Assembly: GCA_965240325.2 (NCBI GenBank)
Contig: OZ251230.1
Coordinates: forward strand, 2,108,001 to 2,172,000
Source: Rebecca billardiae RCC1528
Taxonomy: Eukaryota; Protista; Haptophyta
Direction: 5' to 3'
Length of the DNA stretch: 64,000 nucleotides
In this document: piece after piece, positions 1 to 11,377 of the stretch
How positions within the stretch are numbered: the stretch's first letter is position 1
Layout: each line of letters begins with the position of its first letter
Translations under genes and position numbers: made by a program
The notes under the pieces: generated by a model
Told to the model about the DNA's origin: nothing
Seen by the model: only the letters and a program-made list of their open reading frames with translations
Database searches by the model: none

Positions 1-1363
1 CGCCGGCGGCGGCGCCGGCGGCGGCGGCCGCGGCTGCGCGCTCCAGCGTGTGTGCGCCCGCGGCTGCCGAGGTCGGAGCCGGGTACGGCTGCTCGGAGGC
101 GGCGCTGCGCGGCGAGGAGCGCGCGCCGATCGACCTGCGCGGCAAGCTCTACCTCGCGCCGCTCACCACGGTGGGCAACCTGCCCTTCCGCCGGCTGTGC
201 GTGTCGGCGGGCGCGGACGTGACGTGCTCGGAGATGGCGCTCGCGACCAAGCTGCTGCAGGGCGAGCAGTCCGAGTGGGCGCTGCTGCGGCGGCACGAGA
301 GCGAGACGCTGTTCGGCGCGCAGCTCGCCGCGGCGCACTCGGACACGCTCGCGCGCGCGTGCGAGGCCGTCGCGACCCACACGGACGTGCGCTTTGTCGA
401 CATCAACATGGGGTGCCCGATCGACCCGGTGTGCAACAAGGGGATGGGCAGCGTGCTGGTCGCACGGCCCGCGCGCGTCGCTGAGCTCGTGCGCTCGGCG
501 AGCGCGACGCTGCGCCCGTGGGGCGTGGGGCTGACGGTGAAGCTGCGGATGGGCGTGGAGGACAAGAGCCCGGTCGCGCACCGTCTGGTGCCGCACCTCA
601 AGCACTGGGGCGCGGCCGCGTGCACGCTCCACGGCCGCTCGCGCCAGCAGCGCTACTCGCGCGCCGCCGACTGGGACTACGTGGAGCGCTGCGCGCGCGA
701 GGCTTCGGTGCCGCTGATCGGCAACGGCGACATGTTCACGCACGAGGACCTGGCGGCCGCGCTCGGCCGGCCGGCGATCGCGTCGGTGATGGTGGCGCGC
801 GGCGCGCTCGTCAAGCCGTGGATCTTCACCGAGCTCAAGGAGCGCCGGCTGTGGGACATCTCCGCGCCCGAGCGGCTGCAGCTGATGCAGGACTTTGTGC
901 ACCACGGCCTCGAGCACTGGGGCTCGGTGTGCGCAGCGGACGGGAGGGGGCGGGGGCGCGGCAGGGCGGTCGGAGAGGGGGGCGGCGCGGGGCGGCGCGG
1001 GAGGGCCGCACGGCGCGCCGCCGCCGCGCTCACCCGCGAGCCGCGCGCCCCCGCCCCGCGCCGCCGCCGGCTGTGCAGGACGATCTGGGCGTGGCGCGCA
1101 CGCGCCACTTCCTGCTCGAGTGGCTCTCCTTCTCGTGCAGGTACGTGCCCGTGGGGCTGCTCGAGCGGCTGCCGCCGCGCATCCAGGACTGCGCGCCGCC
1201 GTTCGTCGGGCGCTCCGACCTGGAGACCCTGCTCGGCTCGAGCAGCGCGCACGACTGGGTGCGCCTCTCCGAGATGGTGCTCGGGCCGGTGCCGCCCGAG
1301 TTCCGCTTCACGCCCAAGCACAAGGCGAACGCGCAGGCAGGGCCGATGGTCGCGGAGGGGTAG
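1..1363 (+). CDS. DUS3: tRNA-dihydrouridine(47) synthase DUS3-like, 5' truncated; exons <1-926 and 1079-1363
   Basis: Motifs [44 protein letters not shown](927)-AG(1078) intron joins HWGS to [18 protein letters not shown], the DUS3 C-terminal signature. Confidence 0.93.
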
Positions 1364-1715
1364 GCTGCGCCGCGCGCGGCGGCGGGCGCCACGGGGCGGG
1401 GCCCACCGCCCGGCGCCGCTGCCGTGCCCGTGCATGGCGCGACGAGCGGCATGGATGGCCTCGCGCCTCGGCACTGGCAGGCCGCCGACCGCGCCTGGGC
1501 TCGATCCCGTGGCAACGTGTCCGACTTTGGGCGGACGGGGTCTACTGCGTCGGACGTCACGTTGAATCACCCCGATACGTTTGATGCACCCGGTACGGCG
1601 GCGCGGCCCGTGCCCTCGTACTCGTAAGCTGCCGTAGTGCCCTGACTACTGAGGACGCGCGGAGTCAATAAACGGCGGAGAATCGTCATCGTCACAATCT
1701 GTCCATCGATCAGCA

Positions 1716-1784
1716 TACAGTTTACTAAGAATAAGAGACGCACACAGCTCAGGCAGGCGAGATTGACGCCCGCCAACTGTCACC
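1716..1784 (+). mobile_element. Solo terminal-repeat copy of the TA-CAGTTTACTAAG MITE family
   Basis: TACAGTTTACTAAGAATAAGAGACGCACACAGCTCAGGCAGGCGAGATTGACGCCCGCCAACTGTCACC is identical to the left arm at 35692. Confidence 0.8.
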
Positions 1785-1854
1785 CAGTATCGAAACAAGG
1801 CCGGATGAACCTAAAAAATGCGCGGAGGGGAACGCCGCCAAACCGGCAAGCAAG

Positions 1855-2451
1855 ATGGCGGACTCGTCGCGCCCTCCGCCTGACCGAGAGCGCGATTACG
1901 ATCGCAATGATGAGGCGGGCGCGAGCGGCCGAGGCGCGGCAGCCGACAGCCGCCGAAAGCCTGCTCCCGCGCAGCCAAAGCAGAATGCCAACTACGAGAC
2001 CAGCGGGCTGCTTGCCAAGGAGACCAACACGTTCAACGGCGTCGTGCTCAAGTGGAACGAGCCCGCGGACGCCAAGGTGCCGACGGAGAAGTGGCGGCTG
2101 TACGTCTTCAAGGACGACAAGCCGCTTGACGAGCCGTTTCACGTCCACCGGCAGAGCGCCTATCTGCTCGGCCGAGAGCGCCGGGTCGCGGACATCCCGC
2201 TCGACCACCCCTCGTGCTCCAGCCAGCACGCGGTGCTGCAGTTCCGCCTCACCGAGAAGGCGGAGGACGGGGTGAAGAGGCGACGCGTCCGGCCGTACCT
2301 GATGGACCTGAACTCGACCAACGGGAGCTACCTCAACGGCGAGCAGATCGAGCCGCAGCGCTACGTCGAGCTCTTCGAGCAGGACGTGCTCAAGTTTGCG
2401 TACAGCGCGCGCGAGTACGTGCTGCTGCACGACAAGTCAGCCGACGACTGA
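1855..2451 (+). CDS. SNIP1: FHA-domain protein SNIP1/DDL/Pml1 (RES complex splicing factor)
   Basis: SGLLAKETN, WRLYVFK, YLLGRER, DHPSCSSQHAVLQFR, PYLMDLNSTNGSYLNG, RYVELFEQDVLKF: typical SNIP1 FHA motifs. Confidence 0.92.
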   Translation: MADSSRPPPDRERDYDRNDEAGASGRGAAADSRRKPAPAQPKQNANYETSGLLAKETNTFNGVVLKWNEPADAKVPTEKWRLYVFKDDKPLDEPFHVHRQSAYLLGRERRVADIPLDHPSCSSQHAVLQFRLTEKAEDGVKRRRVRPYLMDLNSTNGSYLNGEQIEPQRYVELFEQDVLKFAYSAREYVLLHDKSADD

Positions 2452-2685
2452 CGCCCGCCCGGCGGGGCGGCGGATGGGCGTCCAGCGCGGGAGGTCAACA
2501 CGCGCGCGGGGCAAGCCGGCAGGCTGTTACGGCGGCGACGGGCGGGCCGTGCTGGGGACGCCGCCCGTGCATTACGATGACCCGCCGGGGGGCTGCGGGT
2601 CGCGTACTTGATGATTCGCCTGATTCGGTAATATCCGTCTATCCGTAATGCGATGTATCATGCGCCATACTCTCGATCTACGCGC

Positions 2686-2832
2686 GCTCTCTCTCTCTCA
2701 GTCTCAGCGATCTCTCTCTCGTCTCTTTCTCTCTCTCTCTCTCCACTCTTCACTCTCTCTCTCGTCTCTATATGATAATAACGGTCGTCGCATATATATA
2801 TACATATATATATGTATATATATATACATACA
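2686..2832. repeat. Degenerate (CT)n followed by (TA)n microsatellite
   Basis: Visible dinucleotide runs. Confidence 0.8.
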
Positions 2833-2919
2833 TAGAAATAAAGAAATATAAAAGAAATAATAGCGCGCGAGCTTATACGCCTACGGCGGAGGCGGAGCTG
2901 GCGCCATCGCTGCCTGCTG

Positions 2920-5900
2920 CTAGTCCTCGTCGGGGCTCGAAGCCGCTGACGAGTGCGCCCCGACGAGCGCGTCGGGGACAGGCGCCGGCGCCGCGGCAGC
3001 TGGCGCTGCCCGGGGCGAGGTAGCGCTTGGCGAAGCCGCCCCCCCCTGGGCCTGTGCCTGAGGCTGCACCATGCCGGCCGCCGGAGCTGCGGACGCGGGT
3101 GCCTCGCCGTCGGCTACCGTTGCGTGCGCCGGTGCGAGCATCAGCGCCGCCGCCGACTGGCTGCCGTTGCGCTCCAGCAAGGCTCGCTCAGCTGAGAGCG
3201 ACGCGCCCGACGCCAGCGAGCGCTCGCTCCCCGCGCGGGAGACGGCGGCCACCGCCTCCGCGGGCGGGCTGCGCCAGTGGGCGGCTTCGGCCGGGAGCTC
3301 CGCCGGCGCCGGGGCTGCGGCCACGACAGCGGCTGCGGGCGGCGGCGTTGCTGGCGCTGGCGGCGGCGCGCTCTCACGCGGCGTGGGTGCGCGTGAGTCG
3401 TGGGCTGGGGACTGCGTGCCTTCCGACGTCGGGGCGGGCGGGTGGCCCGCCGTCGCCCCAGCCGGTGCATGCAGGGCTGTCGCCGCACTCGTTGGGCCTG
3501 CGGAAGCCGCGTCCGTCGCGTCGGCCCGCGCGGCCGAAGCAGCCAGCGGTGCGCGCTCAGCGCTGCGCCGCTCCTCGCGCGCACCCGCCGGCGCGCACGC
3601 GGCCGTGCGGCCGTGCGAGGGCGGGGTGGCCGAGGCCAACGAGCCCTCCGACGGCGCGCGCCCCACCGGCCGGTCGAGCGCCTCGCCGCCGTCGCGCGGC
3701 GCGGCCCACGCGCCGCCCGTGTGCGCGAGGCTGAGCGCCGCGTGCACCGCCTGCGCGGCGCGCGCCTCCTCGCGCGCCTGCCTCAGCTGCACCTCGCGCG
3801 AGCGCAGCAGCCCGCGCAGCAGGCCCTCGCGCGCGAGCGCGTCAAGGGAGGCGGCGTCGGCGCCGGCGGCGGGGAGCAGCGCGCTGCCGGCGAGGCCGGG
3901 CGCGCTGCGCGGCGGCAGGCTCGACGCGTCGGCCGCCCCGCCGCCGCCTGTGAGCACGGCTGCGCGCGCGCGCCGGGCCGAGGCGTGTGGCGCGCGCGTG
4001 AGGACTGCTGCGCGCGCGCGCACGGCTGCGCGCGCGAGCGCGCGCGCGCGCTCACCCTCGAGGTAGGCGCTGAAGTCGCGCTCGGCGCGCAGCTCGTCTG
4101 CGAGCGCCTGGTTGGAGACGCGCAGCCGCTCGCTCGCCTCCGCCGTGCCCTGCGCGGCGCGGTGTGGCGGCGGCGCGCGTCAGTCGGCGCGCGCGCGCGC
4201 GCGGCGCAGCAGGCGGGCTCGCGCGGCCGCCGCGCGTCCTTGGCGCGCACCTGCGCGCGCAGCTCCTCGAGCTCGTCGCGCAGCCCCCGCAGCCGCGCGC
4301 CAAAGTCTGCGGCCGGGCCGGCGGGTCCGCCCGCGCTGCCGGCGACCGCGCTGATCGCGTCGGCGCGCGCGCGCTCGGCGCCGAGCGCACGGTGCGCGGC
4401 GCCGAGCTGTGCGCGCGCCTCCGCCAGCTCGGCCTCCTTGGAGACGAGCACGCCGCCGAGGAAGTCGGCGGCCGCGCGCCTGTCCTCCTCCTCGCCCGCC
4501 GATGCGCCCGCCGCGCTGTGCCGCGCGACGCGGCGCAGCGCGGCCGCGAGCTGCTCCCTCAGAGACGCCAGCTCGGCGGCGGCCGCGGCGCGCTCGGCGG
4601 CCGCCGCCTGCTCGGCAGCGTCGAGCTGCGCGCGCAGGACGGCTGCCTCCTCGCGCAGCGCGCTCCACGCGCGCTCCGAGCGGTGCGCGCCGGCGCGCGC
4701 GCCGGCGAGCTCCTCGCGAAGCGCGTGCAACTCGGCGGCGTGCGACGCGGCCACGCGCTGCGCGGCGGCCGCGCCCTCGGCACCCGCCACGCCCGCGCGC
4801 AGCGCTCGCTGCAGCCCGGCCGCCTCCGCCTCGCACACGCACAGCGCGCGCCGCGCCGCCGCGGCCTCGGCCTCGGCGGCGGCGAGCGCGCGCGGGCAGC
4901 GCTCCGCCGCGCGCCGCCCGAGCTCGTGCTCCGCGCGCGCGAGCAGCGCCCTCAGCTCCGCGTTGTGCCCGTGCAGCCCGCGCACCAGCTCGGCGAGAGC
5001 GGCCTCGCGCGACGCGGCGTCGGCCGTGTCGCCGCGCGGGAGCGGCGGGCCCGCGCCGCCGTCGGCGCCGAGCAGCTGCAGCAGCTCGAGGCAGCGCGCA
5101 GACGTGCCGTGCAGCCGCGCCGCGCTCGCCTCCTCCGCGTACCGCGCGTCCGCCCACGCGGCCGCGCCGTCGGGCGGCGCGGCCGTGGCCTCGAGCGCGG
5201 CCGCGCTCGCGCGGCGCAGCGCGCCGTCGTCGGCGGTGCCGCGCGCGCCGAGGGAGCGCAGCAGCGCGCGCTCGAGCGCGGCGAGATTCGCCTCGGCGGC
5301 GCGCAGCACGCCACCCACGCCCGCGGCCGGCGCGCGCGGCGCGTGCGCCCACGTGGCGAAGCCGCCCGGCGCGGCCGGCGCCAGCCCTTCGGCCGCTTCG
5401 AGCGGCGTGGCGGCTGGCGCGTCGGCGGCCGGCCGCGAGCGCGGCTCAGGCGCTGCGAGGCTGGGCGGCGGCTCGGGGCTGTCCGGCCGGCCCGCGCCGT
5501 GCTCGGCCGTCTCGAGCGCCGCGCGCAGCTCAGGCGCGCTGCGCGCCGCCGCCGCCGAGCGCACGCCGTCCTCGTCGTCGGGCACGCCCGCCCAGGCGGC
5601 GCGCCGCGGCGCCGACTCGGCGGCAGCGGCGGCGCGGTGCGCTCGGATCTCGAGCGCGCTGCTGCTGCGCGCGCGGCCGAGCGCGCTCGCCTGGGTGCTC
5701 GCGCGGCGGCTGGGCGCGGCCGACGCCGGCCGGCCAAGCCCGCTCGCCTGGGTACTCGCCCGCCGGCTGGGCGAGCCCGCCGGCTGCCGCGCGCGCGTCG
5801 AGCCCGCCGGCGGGCGCTCGGGCGCGCGCGGCGGCGGGTGCGCGTCCGGCTCGGCGCCGCGCTCGCCCTCGGACGGGTCGAAGACGAGGCGGGCGGGGGC

Positions 5901-6590
5901 GGGCGGGTGGGGCTCGCGCGGCGCGAGGGCGGGCGGCGGCGAGCGCATCCGGACGGGGCTCGAGCTGCCCCGCCGCGAGCGCGCGCCGCGCGCCGCCGCG
6001 CCGTTGGCGTGCGGGTTGAAGCGCAGCAGCTGCTCGGAGGTCGGCCCGAAGAAGCCCGCATTCGGCTTGCCCGCGTGCGGCAGCTCGGGCGGCGGCTTGG
6101 TGGGCGAGACGTTCTCGGACATGGCCGCGCCCTCGTGCGAGAAGATCCAGCCGTTCCCGTCCGGGGCGGGGCTGTGCAGGCCCGCCGCATGCGTCGGCTT
6201 GCGAGGCTCGGCCGCGGCGTCGGCCGCGTGCGGCGCGTCGTCGGCCGGCGGCGGCTCCTCGCGCGAGTGCATGAGGACCCACGTCGACTTGTCGAAGCCG
6301 AAGCGCAGGCGGTCGCCGTGCGAGAGCCGCTCCTCGCGGCCGTGCACGCGCAGCTCGTTCAGGAAGCAGCCGTTGCGCGAGTTGACGTCGCGCAGCGTCG
6401 CGCCGCCCTCGGCCGTGCCGCTCACGCGGATCTGCGCGTGCGCGCCCGAGACGGAGCGGTCCTCGAGGACGAGGCGGTTGCGCGCGGGGTCGCGGCCGAT
6501 CGTGTACAGCTGGCCGAGCTCGAGCGCGACGACGCGCTGCCGATTGCGCAGGAACGCCCACGGTGGCGCCGCCGCCTCCTCGGCGGGCAT
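2920..6590 (-). CDS. N-terminal FHA domain plus long coiled-coil protein; exons 6590-4251, 4149-4056, 3947-2920
   Basis: FHA motifs TIGRD, SVSGAHAQI, DVNSRNGCFLN, LSHGDRLRFG, then Ala/Glu/Arg heptad-rich helices. GT-AG introns 4250-4150 and 4055-3948 join the three reading frames. Confidence 0.75.
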
Positions 6591-6920
6591 GCCGGCGCGC
6601 AACAGCCCGCGTCGACCGTTGCTTGGGTGTTGAGCAACCAGCAGGATGCCGGCCGGGGCAACTGCCCACTGACCACTGTCGACCAACGACCGGAAGACTA
6701 CGCCGGTCTGTTTTGTGGCGGTGTCTTTGTGCAGTGTTGGATGGCGTCAATCAACGCCTTACTGTAACCAAGTGTGCACGTTAAAACATAGTAAACTGTA
6801 TGGGGGTACGCGAGATTTGAAAATATGTTTTAATTGTTTTTCACTGCCAGCACCCAGAATTAATGGGCAAATGGTTGCTCAGCAGCGAGAGCCGAAGACG
6901 CGCGTCGTTCGGAAAAAGGC

Positions 6921-7592
6921 ATGGCGGCCCGCGTTCACGTCCGCCTGGGCTTGATGGGGGCAAGGGCAGGGCAGCTTCTAGCCAGCTGGGCAGCCCGCGC
7001 GGGGCGTCAGAGGTACCATGCGCTTCTGGCCGCATCGAGTGGCTCTATCGCCGCCGCGCTCTTCCCGTGGCAGGGGGCGTGTGGCACCCTGTGCGAGCCT
7101 GCGCCATCCACATCGTCCGCTCGCAGCGTGTGCGGCGTGTGGGTGCAGGACCAGGCGCAACGCGAGTCCTTGTGCCCGTTCATTGGCGGCCTAGGCATGC
7201 CCGCCGCTCCTTTCGTGTGCCGGCTCGTCGACCGCGTCACCATCACGCTCCGCATCTCGGTTGAGCCCAGCCCAGACGGGCCGGTGCTGCAGGTGGTGGA
7301 CAAGTCCATCTTCGGGCGCAACGTGACGCGCGCGGTGCTCGGTGGCGCCGAGGCAGAGCAGGCCACTCGTGGAGGCCGCAAGAAGTACATGCTTTCGGCG
7401 TGGCGAGGCGAGCATGACGCGGTCTTCATCCGCTGCCGCCTCTTCCAGCGCGGGCCAGGCTGGGAGACGCTGATGGAGCGCCGCGTGCAGCCGGATGGCA
7501 GCCTGGTCGAGATCAACACCCTCCGTTCGCCGGGTGAGGACGACGTCGTCGTGCGGCGCTACTTTGTCCGGACGCCGGAGGTGCTTTCGTGA
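6921..7592 (+). CDS. Hypothetical protein, probable FABP/lipocalin-like beta-barrel after an N-terminal extension
   Basis: GxW motif (CGVWVQ) followed by ESLCPFIGGLGM, alternating beta-strand pattern, and C-terminal VVRRYFVR resembling FABP termini. Confidence 0.55.
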   Translation: MAARVHVRLGLMGARAGQLLASWAARAGRQRYHALLAASSGSIAAALFPWQGACGTLCEPAPSTSSARSVCGVWVQDQAQRESLCPFIGGLGMPAAPFVCRLVDRVTITLRISVEPSPDGPVLQVVDKSIFGRNVTRAVLGGAEAEQATRGGRKKYMLSAWRGEHDAVFIRCRLFQRGPGWETLMERRVQPDGSLVEINTLRSPGEDDVVVRRYFVRTPEVLS

Positions 7593-8379
7593 CGCGGTTG
7601 GTGTGTCAGACCTCCGTGACTGAACAGCGCCGCAGTGTCATGATACTATTCAGACGTGGAACGGTACTCCGAGCTGTCCGGCTGGATCCAGACTGAGACA
7701 GTATCGGCCACGTGGCACGTCTGACTGAATTATCACTCATATCAGCAATCATCATGACACTGCCGACTGCGGCGGTCACAGTGTCAGTCAATGCTGTCAA
7801 GTGTCAGCGAGGGACCTCCCGCCACGCCAGGCTCGGCTGTACTATGGGTATTTAATTTGACCTTAATTCGATATCATCAGACAATTAAATAATCACTACG
7901 ACTCTAACTCATGCTACTGACGACAAACTCACAAAGTTCAAACCCGCCGCGCTGCGGCTCATAAGCCATATCCCGGTCCGTGACCGTTATAGTAAGAGAG
8001 AGTGACGACGGGGCCTGCGAGCAGCGAGGACTGGCTCCGGTTCATTAGTAAGGCTACCTGGTCAATTAATGAAATTATTTAATATAATATGTGAAAGTAC
8101 TCACTGTGTCTCTACAATCGGCCGCGGCGCCGCTGTCGCATGGCCGGTCGGCGCCCAGTGCGCCCACGGTCCGGCCTGCTGCTCCGGCCACGGCCGGAGT
8201 GAGTAACTGTCAACTGAGTTAGTGCGGCCGTGCGGCGGACAGACTGAGACGACTGTTGTCTGTTCAGCCATAGACTCATAGTAGTCCGATAGTACGGTAA
8301 CGGTAGAGAGTGATTAGTCGGTCGGTTCGGCGAGTGAATCAGACGGTGACAGTTGCGGAAGGGCTGGGGCAGTCTGAAG

Positions 8380-8755
8380 GCCACGACGGGCGGAGTGGCG
8401 CAGGCGCGCCGCGAGGCCGGAGGCGGGCGTCAGCCCCGGGGTCATCCGCATCGGCAGGCCTCGCAGGCGGACGGCTGACGGCGCTACCATCGGCGACGGC
8501 TTCATGGCGGTGACAGTTGGCGGGCGTCAATCTCGCCTGCGGGCCTGCCTGAGCTGTGTCCGTGTGTGCGTCTCTTATTCTTGTACATGATACATCACAA
8601 ACTGTACCGGTACGTACAGTTTACTAAGAATAAGTTATAAGAGACGCACACAGCTCAGGCAGGCGAGATCGACGCCCGCCAACTGTCACCGCCCATGAAG
8701 CCGTCGTCGCCGATGGCTGCGCCGCCGGAAAATTCGTTCAGCCGTCCGCCTGCGA
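8380..8755. mobile_element. Two abutting, oppositely oriented degenerate copies of the TA-CAGT MITE arm (- strand 8380-8606, + strand 8615-8755)
   Basis: Both align to the 35692 copy with short insertions; the termini AAACTGTA and TACAGTTT are 8 bp apart. Confidence 0.75.
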
Positions 8756-9623
8756 ACAGTACTCAAGAATTGGTCCGGACGACCGCGAGATGATGCGTGT
8801 ACACGTACAGGTACTGAGTTTCGATTCCGCATCGAACCGACGGTTCTACTCAGTATGAGCTCGGCTGTGAGATAAATTACTTTATTATAATGGCCCGCGG
8901 TGCAGGGCGGAGCGCGCAGCGTGGAGCCCGCACCAGCGGGCCCGAACAACGTTTCAAAAAGATCTTTGATCAAGAAAAAAGGGACGGGGGACGATTTTCA
9001 GGGCTGGAGGAGACCGAGTTTCGAATTTTGAGACCCTCTCTAATAACATGCATCACGGCCGAAAAAGGTCGCGCCCACGGCAAGTTCATATTGGAGTGAC
9101 GCCCGTCCAAAAAACTTCACGCCCTTTAGGATCCATAACGTAACGAACCGTTACAAGCGATTTTTTCCAGCCAATGAGATTGCCGCAAGGTCATCAAGGA
9201 GCGATGACGACGTATCTAGATAGCCAGCCGGCACCGCGGGCCATTCGTTCATTACTTGTGTGCTGGACTGCGCTTGTTATTAATTCATTACTTGTGTGCT
9301 GGACTGCCGCTAGCTTTTGCGGGTTCTGATCATCAATCACCCAGGGCCCGGTCTGGTCATAAATGAGCCGCCTGCCGTTTATGACGACCCATTCATGTAC
9401 ATGTATGAACAATGGGTCATTAGACCGCGTCGTATCTTAAAAAAAACCGCTTCACGTTGCACCGCGTCGTATCAATGCTCGTAAATGAAATTCTATTCTA
9501 CCGCTTCACGTAGTAACCCTGAGATGATCATAGATTATTGAAGATGCTCGCGTCAAGTCGTCGCGGCCCCGTCACCGACGCAAAACAACAGAGGTGGGCC
9601 CGATCGCACGTGGGTGGGGGGCG

Positions 9624-9925
9624 ATGGCAAGCAGCACCTCGACCGGCGACGCCGACCAGGACTACGTTCGCCGCGTATTGAACGCGCTGCTCGACTCGAG
9701 GACGGTGACGCGGGTGAACAACACCACGTTCCAGAGCACCGCTGCCGCCATCTCCGTCGCCAGGCACAAGCAGACCATCCCCGGCGCCGCGAGCGAGTAC
9801 GGCGTGTCAACAAAAGCGATCAAGCAGCTCCTTGGCCAGGTCCGCAAGGTGCTGGCGGCGGAGGGCGCACTCGGCAGCGGTGGCGCTGCGCGGTTGATCA
9901 CCGACTTTCGTTCGTGCCCCGCAGG
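9624..9925 (+). pseudogene. HTH (pipsqueak/CENP-B-like) coding fragment, possibly a transposase remnant
   Basis: AAAISVARHKQTIPGAASEYGVSTKAIKQLL resembles the HTH_psq pattern. Short direct repeats lie upstream (9248-9307, 9424-9512). No DDE domain follows. Confidence 0.35.
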
Positions 9926-11377
9926 CGTTCGTCACTCGAGGAGCAGCGCGCAAGGGCGAGCCGAGTCCGGAGCACGCGAGCTCGTCGCTCGCCGCCCGGA
10001 GCAGAGCGCGCCGCTGCGAGCGAGCGGGCGCGGCAGAGCTGATGAGCCGGATGCGCCCGGAGCTCGCGCGGCTGAAGGGCGAGCTCGAGCACGCGAGCTC
10101 GCGCCTCGACGCCGAGCGCGAGCTCCTCCTCAACTCGGTCGACGGCGGCGCGGAGGTGCAGCAGCGTGAGGACGAGCAGGAGCATCAGTGAAACGCGCGC
10201 CGGTTCCGGGTCGCGCAGCGGTGCCCAGCTGCCTGCCACGCGAGCGGCGGCCACGTGGCGCGAGGAGCTGCGTGGGGAAATCGCCGCGCGCGTCGACGCG
10301 GCGATCACCGGGCTGCAGGCCTCGGCAATCGACGCGGTGCGCACCCTCGCCGCCAGCCGCGACGACTCCGCCGTCGAGCTGCAGCAGCTGCGCGCGCAGA
10401 TGCCAGAAGTGCCGATGGGCGGCGGCGTATCAGCAGGCTGACGTGCACGAGCACGTGACACGCGGAGGCGCTAGGCGCCAAGCTGGCGAAGTGCGGCGCC
10501 GAGCTCGACGAGCTGAGCGACGCGGCAACGGACGCGCTGGGCGCCCGCGCCGCCATCGTCGCGGCGCCCTCCAGCAGCTCGAGCAGCTGTGGATAGTTGG
10601 CCGTCGAGGCGACCGCGGGTGTGACTCACAGTGTGAGTGAGCCGGCGCGCGGCTCAGCCTGCCGCTGGCAGCCGCCGTCTTCGAGGCCGACGCGGCGGAG
10701 GAGGCGGCGGGCGAGCACGGCGGCGCGGTGGAGCAGGCGCGCACGCGCGGCGGCAGGCGCGACGCGCCGCTCGCCTCGTTCCACCGCCCCGAGCTCCGCT
10801 CGGTCGGTCTCGGTGCGAGGCTGCGCAGCCGGCAGGCCGGGGCCAGCAGTGGCGCGCGCTCTCGCTCTGCCGGCACGAGCGACCAGCGGCCCGTCGTCGA
10901 GCGCATGGCGCAGGGCGAGTACCTCAAGCAGGTGCGCCCGCTCGCGCGCACGCGCCGGCTCGCGCCGCGCCAGCGCCTCTCGTCCTGCCTGCGCGCGCGC
11001 GCCGGCCGCTAGTCCCCGCGGCGGCCCGCGGACCCGCGGCGACAGTCCTCGGCCCGCCGGCCCGGTGGGCGGCAGTGGCTGAGTTGGCGGTGGCAGCTCA
11101 GGCGAACTGTTACACATGTCAGACTGACACAGCAGCCGACGGAGGGTGCGCCGCGGGCCCCGAACTACGTTCGTTCTACGGAAAAAGACCGCGGAACGCG
11201 GTCATAATAAAGCCCGCCATTATTAATGAAACGTGATTTCGACTACGATTTACCTACCGAAGATTCGGCGAAGTTGCCCCGCGAGGACGAGCGAACGAGT
11301 GAAGCGACCCACCAAACAAATGCGAGCTTCGCGGCTGTGCTCGCGACGAGCGCGATTCGGCGCATTCACCGCGATCC

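Noticed and set aside
3400-6767. Very long + strand ORFs (1077 aa, 867 aa) and similar antisense ORFs elsewhere (e.g. 19617-21602, 22611-24203, 36732-38282)
   Set aside because: Shadow frames of real genes in very GC-rich DNA; Arg/Ala/Pro-rich with no motifs.
9248-9512. Short direct repeats as a possible CRISPR array
   Set aside because: Only two copies of each unit, irregular spacing, no cas genes, eukaryotic context.
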